Assembly: GCA_964654185.1 (NCBI GenBank)
Contig: CAZZIE010000001.1
Span: forward strand, 391-64,390
Length of the DNA: 64,000 nt
Direction: 5' to 3'
DNA from: an uncultured Spirochaetaceae bacterium
GTDB taxonomy: Bacteria > Spirochaetota > Spirochaetia > DSM-27196 > PWMO01
Shown here: positions 46,792 through 54,693 of the stretch, in pieces
Layout of the letters: every line of letters starts with the position of its first letter
Position numbering within the stretch: position 1 is the stretch's first letter
Notes under the pieces: generated by a model
What the model saw: only the letters and a program-made list of their open reading frames with translations
What the model was told of the DNA's origin: nothing
Databases searched by the model: none
Program-made: the position numbers and the translations under genes

Positions 46792-47772
46792 ATGAGTATC
46801 ACCCTGAGAAGCGCTCTCGAACAAGCAGAACCCAATCTCAACCGAGTCTTGTACCAACTTGCCGACGGCATTCTCCTGGTGGATAAAGAGGGGATTGTCG
46901 TCTATGCCAATCCGGCGGCGGAGAGCCTCTTCGGCTATGAGAGTGGCAAGATGGAAGGGTGCATGCTTGGCTATCCGGTGATCGCAGGGATGGCCGAGGT
47001 AGAGATTCCTCAGGACGATGGTAACATTGCGGTGGCGGAGTTTCGCTCAGTGGAAATCACCTGGCGCGATCGTCCGGCGTACCTCGCGAGTTTTCGCGAC
47101 ATTACTCAGCGAAAGAACGCGGAGAAGCGGGTTGCTGCCCTGAGCAAGGCGCTGGTAAGCGCGTATGAGCGGGCGCAGCGGGAAATCGGCCATGAGCTCC
47201 ACGACGGCGTCGGACAGATGCTGCTGGGCGTCCGTCTCTCCCTGGACAGCGCCCGCCGGGCCGGAGCGGACGAGATGCCGCAGCGCCTGGAGAAGCTCGG
47301 CACCATGGTGGATGAGATCGTTGCGGAGCTCAGACGCATGTCCCATGAGCTCAAGCCGGCGGTTCTGGACGACTTCAGCTTTCTGGAGGCCCTCCACAGC
47401 CACCTGGAGCGCCTCCGCGACGAGACCGGCCTGGAGGTCGAGTTCACCCACCGCGGCCTTTCGGGGCGCAACACCGACATGGTGGAAACCGTCGCTTTCC
47501 GCATCATTCAGGAGGCGCTGACGAATGTCATCCGCCACGCGGACGTCGCCCGTGCGACCCTCCTGGTGGAGGAGGTGGATGATGTCCTGCGTCTCCGCAT
47601 TGCCGACAGCGGCAAGGGGTTCGAGGTAGCCGACCACTCGGACGCTTCCATCGGCTTGCGCGGCATGGCCGAGCGGGCGGAGCTGATCGGGGGTACCTTC
47701 GAAGTCGCATCCGCCACGGGCCGCGGTACCGCCATCACCGCCGTGCTCCCTCTCACTGATTCGGCACGGTAA
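46792..47772 (+). CDS. PAS-domain sensor histidine kinase (HisKA_3/NarL-partner type)
   Basis: 326 aa from ATG 46792. PAS-like N-terminus (GILLVDKEGIVVYANPAAESLFGY), an H-box HELHDGVGQ, and an HATPase_c domain (ADSGKGF ... GLRGMAERAELIGG). Confidence 0.85.
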   Translation: MSITLRSALEQAEPNLNRVLYQLADGILLVDKEGIVVYANPAAESLFGYESGKMEGCMLGYPVIAGMAEVEIPQDDGNIAVAEFRSVEITWRDRPAYLASFRDITQRKNAEKRVAALSKALVSAYERAQREIGHELHDGVGQMLLGVRLSLDSARRAGADEMPQRLEKLGTMVDEIVAELRRMSHELKPAVLDDFSFLEALHSHLERLRDETGLEVEFTHRGLSGRNTDMVETVAFRIIQEALTNVIRHADVARATLLVEEVDDVLRLRIADSGKGFEVADHSDASIGLRGMAERAELIGGTFEVASATGRGTAITAVLPLTDSAR

Positions 47773-48709
47773 GATTTCCGATCCGCCGCAGCACGGCGAC
47801 GTATCCTTCTCGGTCCACCTCCATGATCGCTGTTACGTGTTCCCCTTCACATCGCACGCTCGCACCGCGCAGCGTCGACTGATTCAGCTCCATGCGAAGG
47901 CCCATGATGCGGCGAGTACGGTGAATGGTCGGGGCCAGGGCGCATGCCATGGCAATTGGATCGGGATGCATGGCGAAGGGCGTTCCGTACACCCGCTCCG
48001 TCCGGCGAAGCACGAACTCCTGAAGCTTCCAGAAGAGATCGGTCCCCGGCCCCGGGGGAAGCCCGAAGGACTTCATCTCCTCGGCGGTGAACCTGAGCGA
48101 GACGCAGGCGTCCCAGGGCACCACCTCCATGGGAATCCCCGCGTTCAGGACGAACTGCACCGCCTCCGGATCGGCGTAGAAATTGAACTCAGCGAATCGA
48201 GTGATGTTGCCCGTCTCGATTGCGCCTCCCATGACGACCAGCCGCCCGATATTCTCCTGCAGGTCGGGATGAAGATTCAGGGCAATGGCGAGATTCGTCA
48301 GCGGCCCCAGGGTCACGAGCGTCGCTCCCGGATGCGCCTCCAGGAGCCGGGCGAGGGCCGTCGGTGCCGGGTCCGGTCGGGCGGACTGCCCGGGGGCGTT
48401 CACAGGCGCCGCCGGAAGCTCTATTTCGCCGAGGCCGTTCTTCCCGTGCACTCCTTCGGCGCGGACCACGCCCTCCAGGAGCGCCTTCGTCGCGCCTCGA
48501 TAGACCGGCACGGCATCGTGGCCGAAGTAGGCGAGGAGGCGGTGTACGTTTTCCGTCACCTGCTCCACCCCGACGTTTCCGTTTACCGTGGTGACACCGA
48601 CGAGCTCCGCCTCCGGTGATGCCAGGAGCATCATGATGGCGACGGCGTCGTCAATGCCGCAGTCCGTGTCGACAATGTAGGGCGTCCGGGCGCCGTCGGG
48701 TCCGTTCAT
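47753..48709 (-). CDS. inosine/uridine-preferring nucleoside hydrolase family protein
   Basis: The N-terminal YIVDTDCGIDDAVAIMMLL (DxDxxxDD) motif and the length (318 aa) fit the IUNH family. Confidence 0.85.
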   Translation of the reverse strand: MNGPDGARTPYIVDTDCGIDDAVAIMMLLASPEAELVGVTTVNGNVGVEQVTENVHRLLAYFGHDAVPVYRGATKALLEGVVRAEGVHGKNGLGEIELPAAPVNAPGQSARPDPAPTALARLLEAHPGATLVTLGPLTNLAIALNLHPDLQENIGRLVVMGGAIETGNITRFAEFNFYADPEAVQFVLNAGIPMEVVPWDACVSLRFTAEEMKSFGLPPGPGTDLFWKLQEFVLRRTERVYGTPFAMHPDPIAMACALAPTIHRTRRIMGLRMELNQSTLRGASVRCEGEHVTAIMEVDREGYVAVLRRIGNLTVPNQ

Positions 48710-48772
48710 GCTCCTGAGCGTACCATGGCGACGGCGGGCGTTGAAGCAGCAGAGCGGATGCGCGTGTAGATC

Positions 48773-51409
48773 ATGACTGCAATGATCTTCCTGTCATACG
48801 TACTCGACATGGATGCCGGCCTTCCTGTGCTGCTCTCCATCTTCACGCGGAGCCTTCCTTTCGGTGCGCTCGTACCGGCGGTGGGGGTGGACGTAGCCGA
48901 GCGGCGTCTCCCGACACCGTGGCTCCGGGCAGCCGCCGGCGCCGCGGTGGTCCACCCGCTGCTCCTGCTCGCTGTGGCCAACGGCGCCGTGGCTCTCCTC
49001 GCTGCCCTCGGCGCAGCCATGGGCGCCGCTCTCGGCGCCGCAACCTGCTACGCCGTGCTTCGCCTTGCCGGCGCCCTTTCCGGCATCGGTCGGGGAGACC
49101 TGCGGCTGGGTACGGTTCTCGGCCTGGGAACGGGCTTCCCCTCCGCGTTCTTCGCCCTCGCCGCGGCCACCGCCGCGTGCGGCGTCTTCATGGCGGCACG
49201 CCGTCGGCGGGTCACGGCGTTCGGCCCCTTTCTGGTCGGCGCCTACGCCGCCGCCGTCGCCTTGGTCGCTCCGGCACCCCTGGCCGCAGCGCCGGGATCC
49301 GCGCCGACGGAGCCTCTCGGCCCGGAGTCGGTCATCCCGGAAATGGAGTTTCGCAATGAAGCGGTGGCGTCCGTTCTCCTGGTCCTCGGGCACGCTGCCG
49401 GCAGGAGCGTTCTGCCCGACGCTACCGTCACCGGCACCGCCTCCTACTACTTCCGGGAGCGCAGCTTCGACGCCGCTCTGGCGGCCTTCGCCGAGGCGCA
49501 GGACCTCTTCGTGGAGGATCGCGACGGGACGCTTCACGTCTCCCGGGTGTACGCGGCGCGACACGCCGACGGCGCGCTGACCGTGCGCGCCCGGGAGGTG
49601 CCTCTGGGCACGCTCCTCGATCGCATTGACCGGGTTACGGGGGTGCCGGTGACCCACGCGGGCGTTGCGGGCATGCGCGGAAGCGTTCATGCAGAGCAGC
49701 TCCCGGTGGAGGCGATTCTGGAGGCGATCGCGGCGCCCCACCCGGACCTGGCGGTGCGTGAGGTCGGGCCGGGCTACGTGGTTGCGCCGCCGGAGCGCCG
49801 CGAGCTGGAAGCGTCGAAAGTGCAGGTCGGTGTGGGACCCGAAGGCCTGGATGTGGTGATCCGCGACGCCGACTTCGCCCGGGTGTTGGAGTCACTCGCG
49901 GAAGCGAGCGGGATGCAGTACTTGAGCCTTCTGCGGCGCTCCCCGGTCATCGCCGATCTTGCGCTTTCCGGGGTCGAGCTTCCGGAGGTGGTGCGGGCAC
50001 TCGCCTTCGCCGCAGAGGCGACTGCGGTGAAGCGGGAAGGGCGCTGGCTCTTTCTTCCGGGTCGTACGGCAACGCCGCAGGATCTTCTGGCCGTGACGCT
50101 GATTGTTCATCTGGAGCACGTGCCGGTGCGGCAGGTTCTGGAGCAGGTGCCCCGGCAGCACGCCGCCTCTGCGAGCCTTGCCGCCGTTCCGGGGGAGAAC
50201 GCCGTCGCAGTGACCGGACTGCCCGACGAGCTGGAACCGGTCCTGGCGTACCTGGCAATCATGGACCGGGAGCCCGCCGGGATTGCGTATCACCGCTTCG
50301 ATCTGAGCTACGCCGATCCCGCGGAGATCCTTGCCGCGCTGCCGGCGGGAATACCCCGGGAGCACGCCGTCGTGCTCGAAGAGACAAATGCCCTCATGCT
50401 CCGGGTGACCGACTCGCAGCGGGAACGGGCCGCGCGGTTCATTGCCGACATGGACGTGAGCCCCCGGGCGGTAGCGGTGAGACTGCAGCACACCGAGGCC
50501 GCCGTAATCATCGACTCAATGCCGGATACGATTCCTCTCCGGTACGTGCACCGCACCGGGGATGCGAAGCTGCTGCTCTTCACCGGGCCTCCTGAGGTCG
50601 AGGCGCGCCTGCGGGAGCTTCTGGCCGCGGTGGATGCGCCGGCGCCGCAGATCCGCTACGACCTCTTCATTGTGCAGTACCAGGAGGGTAAGAGCGTCGA
50701 CTACCGGCTGTCGATCGAGAGCGTCGAGGTGCGCCCCTTCGACACGGCCATCCTGCTCGGCCGCCTGGGCGAGTTGCTCTCCCTCAGCGCCGACGTCATC
50801 TCGCTCTTCGGGCACCGCTTCGCCGTCTCTCTGAGCAGCGCCCTCAGCAACAACGAGGCGCAGGTCCTTGCCGACACGTCGGTGACGACGCTCTCCGGCA
50901 CGCCGGCCTCATTCCGCAACACCGAGACCTATCGCTACCGAGATGTTCCGCCGGCAACCGACGAAGACGCCGGGCCGGTCGGTGTGACGAGGGAGATCAC
51001 CTCAGGACTTTTTATCGATATCGATGGGGACGTTGTCGGCCCCGACGAGGTGGCTCTTTCGATAGCCGCCACGGTCTCCAAGCGCGGCCGCGACGTCGGT
51101 GACACCTCGGGGAACCCGCCGCCGACGGCGGAGCGCGTGGTGACCAGCACGCTCCGGGCGCGGTCCGGGCGGCCCATCGTGGTGGGAAGCTTCCTCCTCC
51201 GCGACCGCACCCGGAGCGTCCGGCGCATCCCGATTCTGGGGCACATCCCGGTCCTGGGCTGGCTCTTTCGCGGCGTGCAGTCATCCAGCGAGGAGTCGGA
51301 GCTGGTGGTCTACCTGGTGCCTCACGTTCTCACACCGCCGGCGCAGCTATCGACGGAGGAGCAGCTCCGGGCGATTCACGCGGCGTGGAAGGCGGGAGCG
51401 CCGCGGTGA
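48773..51409 (+). CDS. single ORF joining an A24 prepilin-peptidase-like membrane domain (about aa 1-170) to a secretin (GspD/PilQ-like)
   Basis: N-terminal part: VGVDVAERRLP (first Asp motif), GIGRGDLRLG (GxGDxK/R-L motif) and AFGPFLVGAY (C-terminal motif). Then come N0/N1-like periplasmic repeats (MEFRNEAVASVLLVLGHAAG...). The C-terminal secretin core is SNNEAQVLADTSVTTLSGTPASF ... RIPILGHIPVLGWLFRG ... ELVVYLVPHVL. There is no in-frame stop between the parts. Confidence 0.75.
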   Translation: MTAMIFLSYVLDMDAGLPVLLSIFTRSLPFGALVPAVGVDVAERRLPTPWLRAAAGAAVVHPLLLLAVANGAVALLAALGAAMGAALGAATCYAVLRLAGALSGIGRGDLRLGTVLGLGTGFPSAFFALAAATAACGVFMAARRRRVTAFGPFLVGAYAAAVALVAPAPLAAAPGSAPTEPLGPESVIPEMEFRNEAVASVLLVLGHAAGRSVLPDATVTGTASYYFRERSFDAALAAFAEAQDLFVEDRDGTLHVSRVYAARHADGALTVRAREVPLGTLLDRIDRVTGVPVTHAGVAGMRGSVHAEQLPVEAILEAIAAPHPDLAVREVGPGYVVAPPERRELEASKVQVGVGPEGLDVVIRDADFARVLESLAEASGMQYLSLLRRSPVIADLALSGVELPEVVRALAFAAEATAVKREGRWLFLPGRTATPQDLLAVTLIVHLEHVPVRQVLEQVPRQHAASASLAAVPGENAVAVTGLPDELEPVLAYLAIMDREPAGIAYHRFDLSYADPAEILAALPAGIPREHAVVLEETNALMLRVTDSQRERAARFIADMDVSPRAVAVRLQHTEAAVIIDSMPDTIPLRYVHRTGDAKLLLFTGPPEVEARLRELLAAVDAPAPQIRYDLFIVQYQEGKSVDYRLSIESVEVRPFDTAILLGRLGELLSLSADVISLFGHRFAVSLSSALSNNEAQVLADTSVTTLSGTPASFRNTETYRYRDVPPATDEDAGPVGVTREITSGLFIDIDGDVVGPDEVALSIAATVSKRGRDVGDTSGNPPPTAERVVTSTLRARSGRPIVVGSFLLRDRTRSVRRIPILGHIPVLGWLFRGVQSSSEESELVVYLVPHVLTPPAQLSTEEQLRAIHAAWKAGAPR

Positions 51410-52959
51410 CCGGCACGGACGACCGGCCGCGGCGTCTCGCTGAGTTCGGCGAGCTTCCCGGTGAGGAGGAGCAGTATCCCCTGAGTTTCTGCGAACGCCA
51501 CCGGGCGGTGCTGCTCCGGGAGGGAACGCCGGGGGCGGACCCGCCGGGGAAGGGCCTGCCGGGGAAGGGCCCGCCGGGGGCGGGCGCGCTGGTCGGCGTG
51601 GCGGCGCCGGTTCCGTCCTACGTGGAGGAGCGGTTGCGACGACTCCACGGCGGGCCGGTAACCGTCGTTCCCCTGGCACCGCAGGATGTCTACCAGTTCC
51701 TGGCGGAGCGGCGGCTTCATCGGGAGGACGCGCGCCGGCAGCGCCGGGTGGCAAGGCGGAGTGCAGCCGTGCGCGACGGTGCGGGCCCGGGTCCGCGCTC
51801 CCTGGGATTGACTGCGAATGATGCGAGAGGCGGAGAAGTCACTGTCGGAGGCGCCGGTGAGGCGTTTCTTCAGGGCATTCTCGACGAGGCGGTGCGTACC
51901 GGAGCTTCGGATGCCCACCTCATGGCCGGTTCCGCCGGCGTCTCTCTTCGCTTTCGCCGGGAGGGCGCTCTCGGAGAGGCGCGGGCGGTGCCCCGGGAGC
52001 TCACGGCGCGTCTCGTCGCTCGGCTGAAGGTGCGGATTCGAGGAAACCCCGGACAGCGCCGTAAGCCCCAGGAAGGGCGCTTTGGCTTCACCGTGCGAGG
52101 CACCGTCTACGAGGTTCGCGCCTCCATTCTGCCTGGCCTCCACGGAGAGAGTGTGTCCCTGCGCTTCCTGCGGACCTTCAAAGGTGGCATCTCCCTGGAC
52201 GGCCTCGGCTTCCCCGGTCGGATCGTCACGCTCCTGAACGGGGTCGCAGAGCGTACCGACGGTCTGTTCCTGGTAACGGGCCCGACAGGAAGCGGGAAGA
52301 CCACCACTCTCCACGCCGTTGCCCGGCTCCTGTGCCGGCGCGACCGTCGCGTCGTCACCATTGAGGATCCCATTGAGTACGAGCTCCCCGAGGCGGTGCA
52401 GCTGCAGACGAACGCGCGATTGCACCTCACCTTTGACCTTCTGCTGACCAAGGCGCTGAGACACGATCCGGACGTGCTCCTTCTCGGCGAGATTCGGGAT
52501 GCCGAGACCGCGGCCCTGGCGGTGCGCAGCGCCCTTACCGGTCATCTGGTCCTTGCAACCATGCACACCGGCACGGTGTTCACCGGCATCCTGCGATTGC
52601 GCAACCTCGGCGCGACATCCGATGAGGTCGCCTCGGCCCTCTGCGGCGTACTCTCTCAGCGCTTGGTTCGTCGTGTGGGGATCTCCCCGGTGGGTGCCTC
52701 CCCGGTGGGTGCCTCCCCGGTAGGTGTTCCCCCGGTGGGTGACACGCGACAGGCGTCCGCCGACGGGCGGATTCCCATCTGTGAGGCCCTCATTGACCCG
52801 ACGGACCCGACGAATTTCGCACCGGCAGGACGATTCGTTGAAGCAGTGGGACGGGATTGGCTGTACCTCGATATGAAGGACGATGCCAGGCGCCTCGTCT
52901 CAGCCGGTGTAACCACCTGGGAAGACGTGGCGCGTGTTGCGCGAATTGGAGGCGTGTGA
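51406..52959 (+). CDS. gspE: type II/IV secretion ATPase (GspE/PilB family)
   Basis: Walker A GPTGSGKTTT, Asp box, Walker B LLLGEIRD, His box ATMHTG. GTG at 51406 overlaps the secretin stop (GTGA); an alternative GTG is at 51385. A (SPVGA)x4 insertion is encoded by 15-bp repeats at 52684-52743. Confidence 0.85.
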   Translation: MTGTDDRPRRLAEFGELPGEEEQYPLSFCERHRAVLLREGTPGADPPGKGLPGKGPPGAGALVGVAAPVPSYVEERLRRLHGGPVTVVPLAPQDVYQFLAERRLHREDARRQRRVARRSAAVRDGAGPGPRSLGLTANDARGGEVTVGGAGEAFLQGILDEAVRTGASDAHLMAGSAGVSLRFRREGALGEARAVPRELTARLVARLKVRIRGNPGQRRKPQEGRFGFTVRGTVYEVRASILPGLHGESVSLRFLRTFKGGISLDGLGFPGRIVTLLNGVAERTDGLFLVTGPTGSGKTTTLHAVARLLCRRDRRVVTIEDPIEYELPEAVQLQTNARLHLTFDLLLTKALRHDPDVLLLGEIRDAETAALAVRSALTGHLVLATMHTGTVFTGILRLRNLGATSDEVASALCGVLSQRLVRRVGISPVGASPVGASPVGVPPVGDTRQASADGRIPICEALIDPTDPTNFAPAGRFVEAVGRDWLYLDMKDDARRLVSAGVTTWEDVARVARIGGV

Positions 52960-54064
52960 TGCGGATGAGAGGGACGTGATGGGCGTGATCGGATCACGGC
53001 TCACGGCACGAGAGCGAGAGAATCTCTACGCCGGACTCGCGGGTGCGGTGCGCCTTGGCGCAACCGTGGAGGCTGCACTGCACGGATGCAGAGCGTCGGG
53101 CGACAGCGCCCTGGCGCGTCGACTTTCCGCCGCACAGCGCCACGCTGAGGAGGGGCTGACTCTCTCCGAAGCACTCTCCGCCGGCTTCGGACCCGCGCTG
53201 CCCGGGTGGGAGATCGCCGTCATTGCTGCCGCCGAAGGCGTCGGGGAGAGCCGCACGCCGGAGGATGGGCCGGGTGAGACCGTTGTGGCGGAGGTGCTGG
53301 AGGGCCTTTCCCGATACGCCGCGGCGGAGAGCTCTGCAACGGGACGGTTGGCGCTTTCCTTCGGCTACGCCTTCGCGGTGTTGCTCCTCCTGGCCGCACT
53401 TTCTGCGGCAACAAGGTGGCTTGTGCTCCCCTCCGTCGAGACGGCGGTCGTTGCCTTCGCCGCCGGGCCCGGAACCTCCCTGGATGGGGCGCGGAGGGCC
53501 GCCCGGACGCTCCCGCTTGTCATTGGAGGCGTCCTGGTGCTTGGAGTTGCCGTGCCGGTCGGTCTACGCGCCGGAGGAAGCTCGTTTCGGTTGCGCCTTC
53601 TCGCCCTTCTTCCTCGGTCGATTGCCGGCACGCTGGCGGGAGTCCTGCCCCGGAGCGCGGCGCTCGTGCGGGTCCTCCGGATCGCGCTCCGGGCCGGTGG
53701 CGACCTCCTGGACGCCGTGGATCTGGCGCTGCGCGTTGCCCTTCCCGGAGCGGATCGCCTGGACCGGGACCTTTCGGGCGCAGCGCAACGCGGAGGGTCC
53801 GTCTCGAAAGTGCTGGCCCTCCACGGCCTACTCCCGCCCGATCTGGCGGAACGGCTCGCTTCCGCGGAGCGCTCCGGCGGGATCGAGACGGCCCTTGCGG
53901 GTGTTGAGGCGGAGCTGGAGCGGCGCAGAGACACGCTCCTGGAGGCGCTGCCCGGCATCGGCGCTGCTGCGGCCACAGCAGTGTGCGGGGTCCTCCTGGG
54001 ATGGTTCGCCCTCGCGGTGGTGGTACCGGCGCTGACCGCCCTGGCAGCGGGTGCTCCGCTATGA
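52934..54064 (+). CDS. gspF: type II secretion system F-family inner-membrane platform protein (GspF/PilC-like)
   Basis: Two T2SSF-like helical repeats and 3 hydrophobic segments. It sits between the ATPase and pseudopilin genes. The start is ambiguous (GTG 52934 or ATG 52979). Confidence 0.65.
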   Translation: MLRELEACDADERDVMGVIGSRLTARERENLYAGLAGAVRLGATVEAALHGCRASGDSALARRLSAAQRHAEEGLTLSEALSAGFGPALPGWEIAVIAAAEGVGESRTPEDGPGETVVAEVLEGLSRYAAAESSATGRLALSFGYAFAVLLLLAALSAATRWLVLPSVETAVVAFAAGPGTSLDGARRAARTLPLVIGGVLVLGVAVPVGLRAGGSSFRLRLLALLPRSIAGTLAGVLPRSAALVRVLRIALRAGGDLLDAVDLALRVALPGADRLDRDLSGAAQRGGSVSKVLALHGLLPPDLAERLASAERSGGIETALAGVEAELERRRDTLLEALPGIGAAAATAVCGVLLGWFALAVVVPALTALAAGAPL

Positions 54065-54642
54065 GGAGCGCGACAGTGAAGCCGCCGCCGCTGCGGGGCG
54101 AGTGGGTGCGCGGAGGAGCCTCGAGTCTCCGAGGTGAACGGGTGCGCGGAGGAACGTCGGGCCTCCGGGGTGAACGGGGCCGCGGAGGAGCACGCCGCCG
54201 CCGACATGCGCGCGCGCCCCGGGATGACGGCGGGTGGACCTTTCTGGAAACCATCGTCGTCATCTCCATCATCCTGCTCCTTTCGGGCACGGTCGGGATC
54301 GTCGCCGTGGGGCAACTCGGGAGGGCGCGTGTGGCCGTGGCTCGGGCGCAACTGGCGGGATTCGCGCTGGCCCTGGAGAGCTACGCCCTGGACTGCGGGA
54401 GCTATCCCACCGAGGTGCAGGGGCTCGAAGCGCTCTGGGCGCGCCCGATGATGGCGCCCGTGCCGGAGGACTGGGCTGGTCCCTACCTCATGCGGGAGGT
54501 TGGAGCGGACCCCTGGGGTAATCCCTACGAGTACCGCGTTCCCGGACCGCACGGGCTGCCCTACGAGATCCGATCTCTCGGCAGTGACGGCCTTCCCGGC
54601 GGGGAGGGAAGGGCCGCGGACATCCTCTCCTGGGAGGCGTAG
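54061..54642 (+). CDS. gspG: GspG-like major pseudopilin with an unusually long repeat-containing leader
   Basis: Prepilin motif G|WTFLETIVVISIILLL, then a GspG-like body (GRARVAVARAQL ... DPWGNPYEYR ... YEIRSLGSDG). The ATG overlaps the gspF stop (ATGA). The leader contains 3 x 12 aa (LRGE.VRGG...). Confidence 0.8.
   Translation: MRSATVKPPPLRGEWVRGGASSLRGERVRGGTSGLRGERGRGGARRRRHARAPRDDGGWTFLETIVVISIILLLSGTVGIVAVGQLGRARVAVARAQLAGFALALESYALDCGSYPTEVQGLEALWARPMMAPVPEDWAGPYLMREVGADPWGNPYEYRVPGPHGLPYEIRSLGSDGLPGGEGRAADILSWEA
54091..54198 (+). repeat. 36-bp x 3 in-frame tandem repeat in the pseudopilin leader
   Basis: Units at 54091-54126, 54127-54162 and 54163-54198 encode LRGEWVRGGASS / LRGERVRGGTSG / LRGERGRGGARR. 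Confidence 0.85.
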
Positions 54643-54693
54643 CGGAGTGACGGCCCGGAACGCAGCCCCGCCGCGACAACCCGCGCCGCAACG

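Noticed and set aside
41400-47800. Mobile genetic element (integrative island, prophage, transposon) explaining the low-GC block.
   Set aside because: No integrase, transposase, recombinase, phage structural gene, tRNA attachment site or flanking direct or inverted repeats could be found. Only composition suggests foreign origin.
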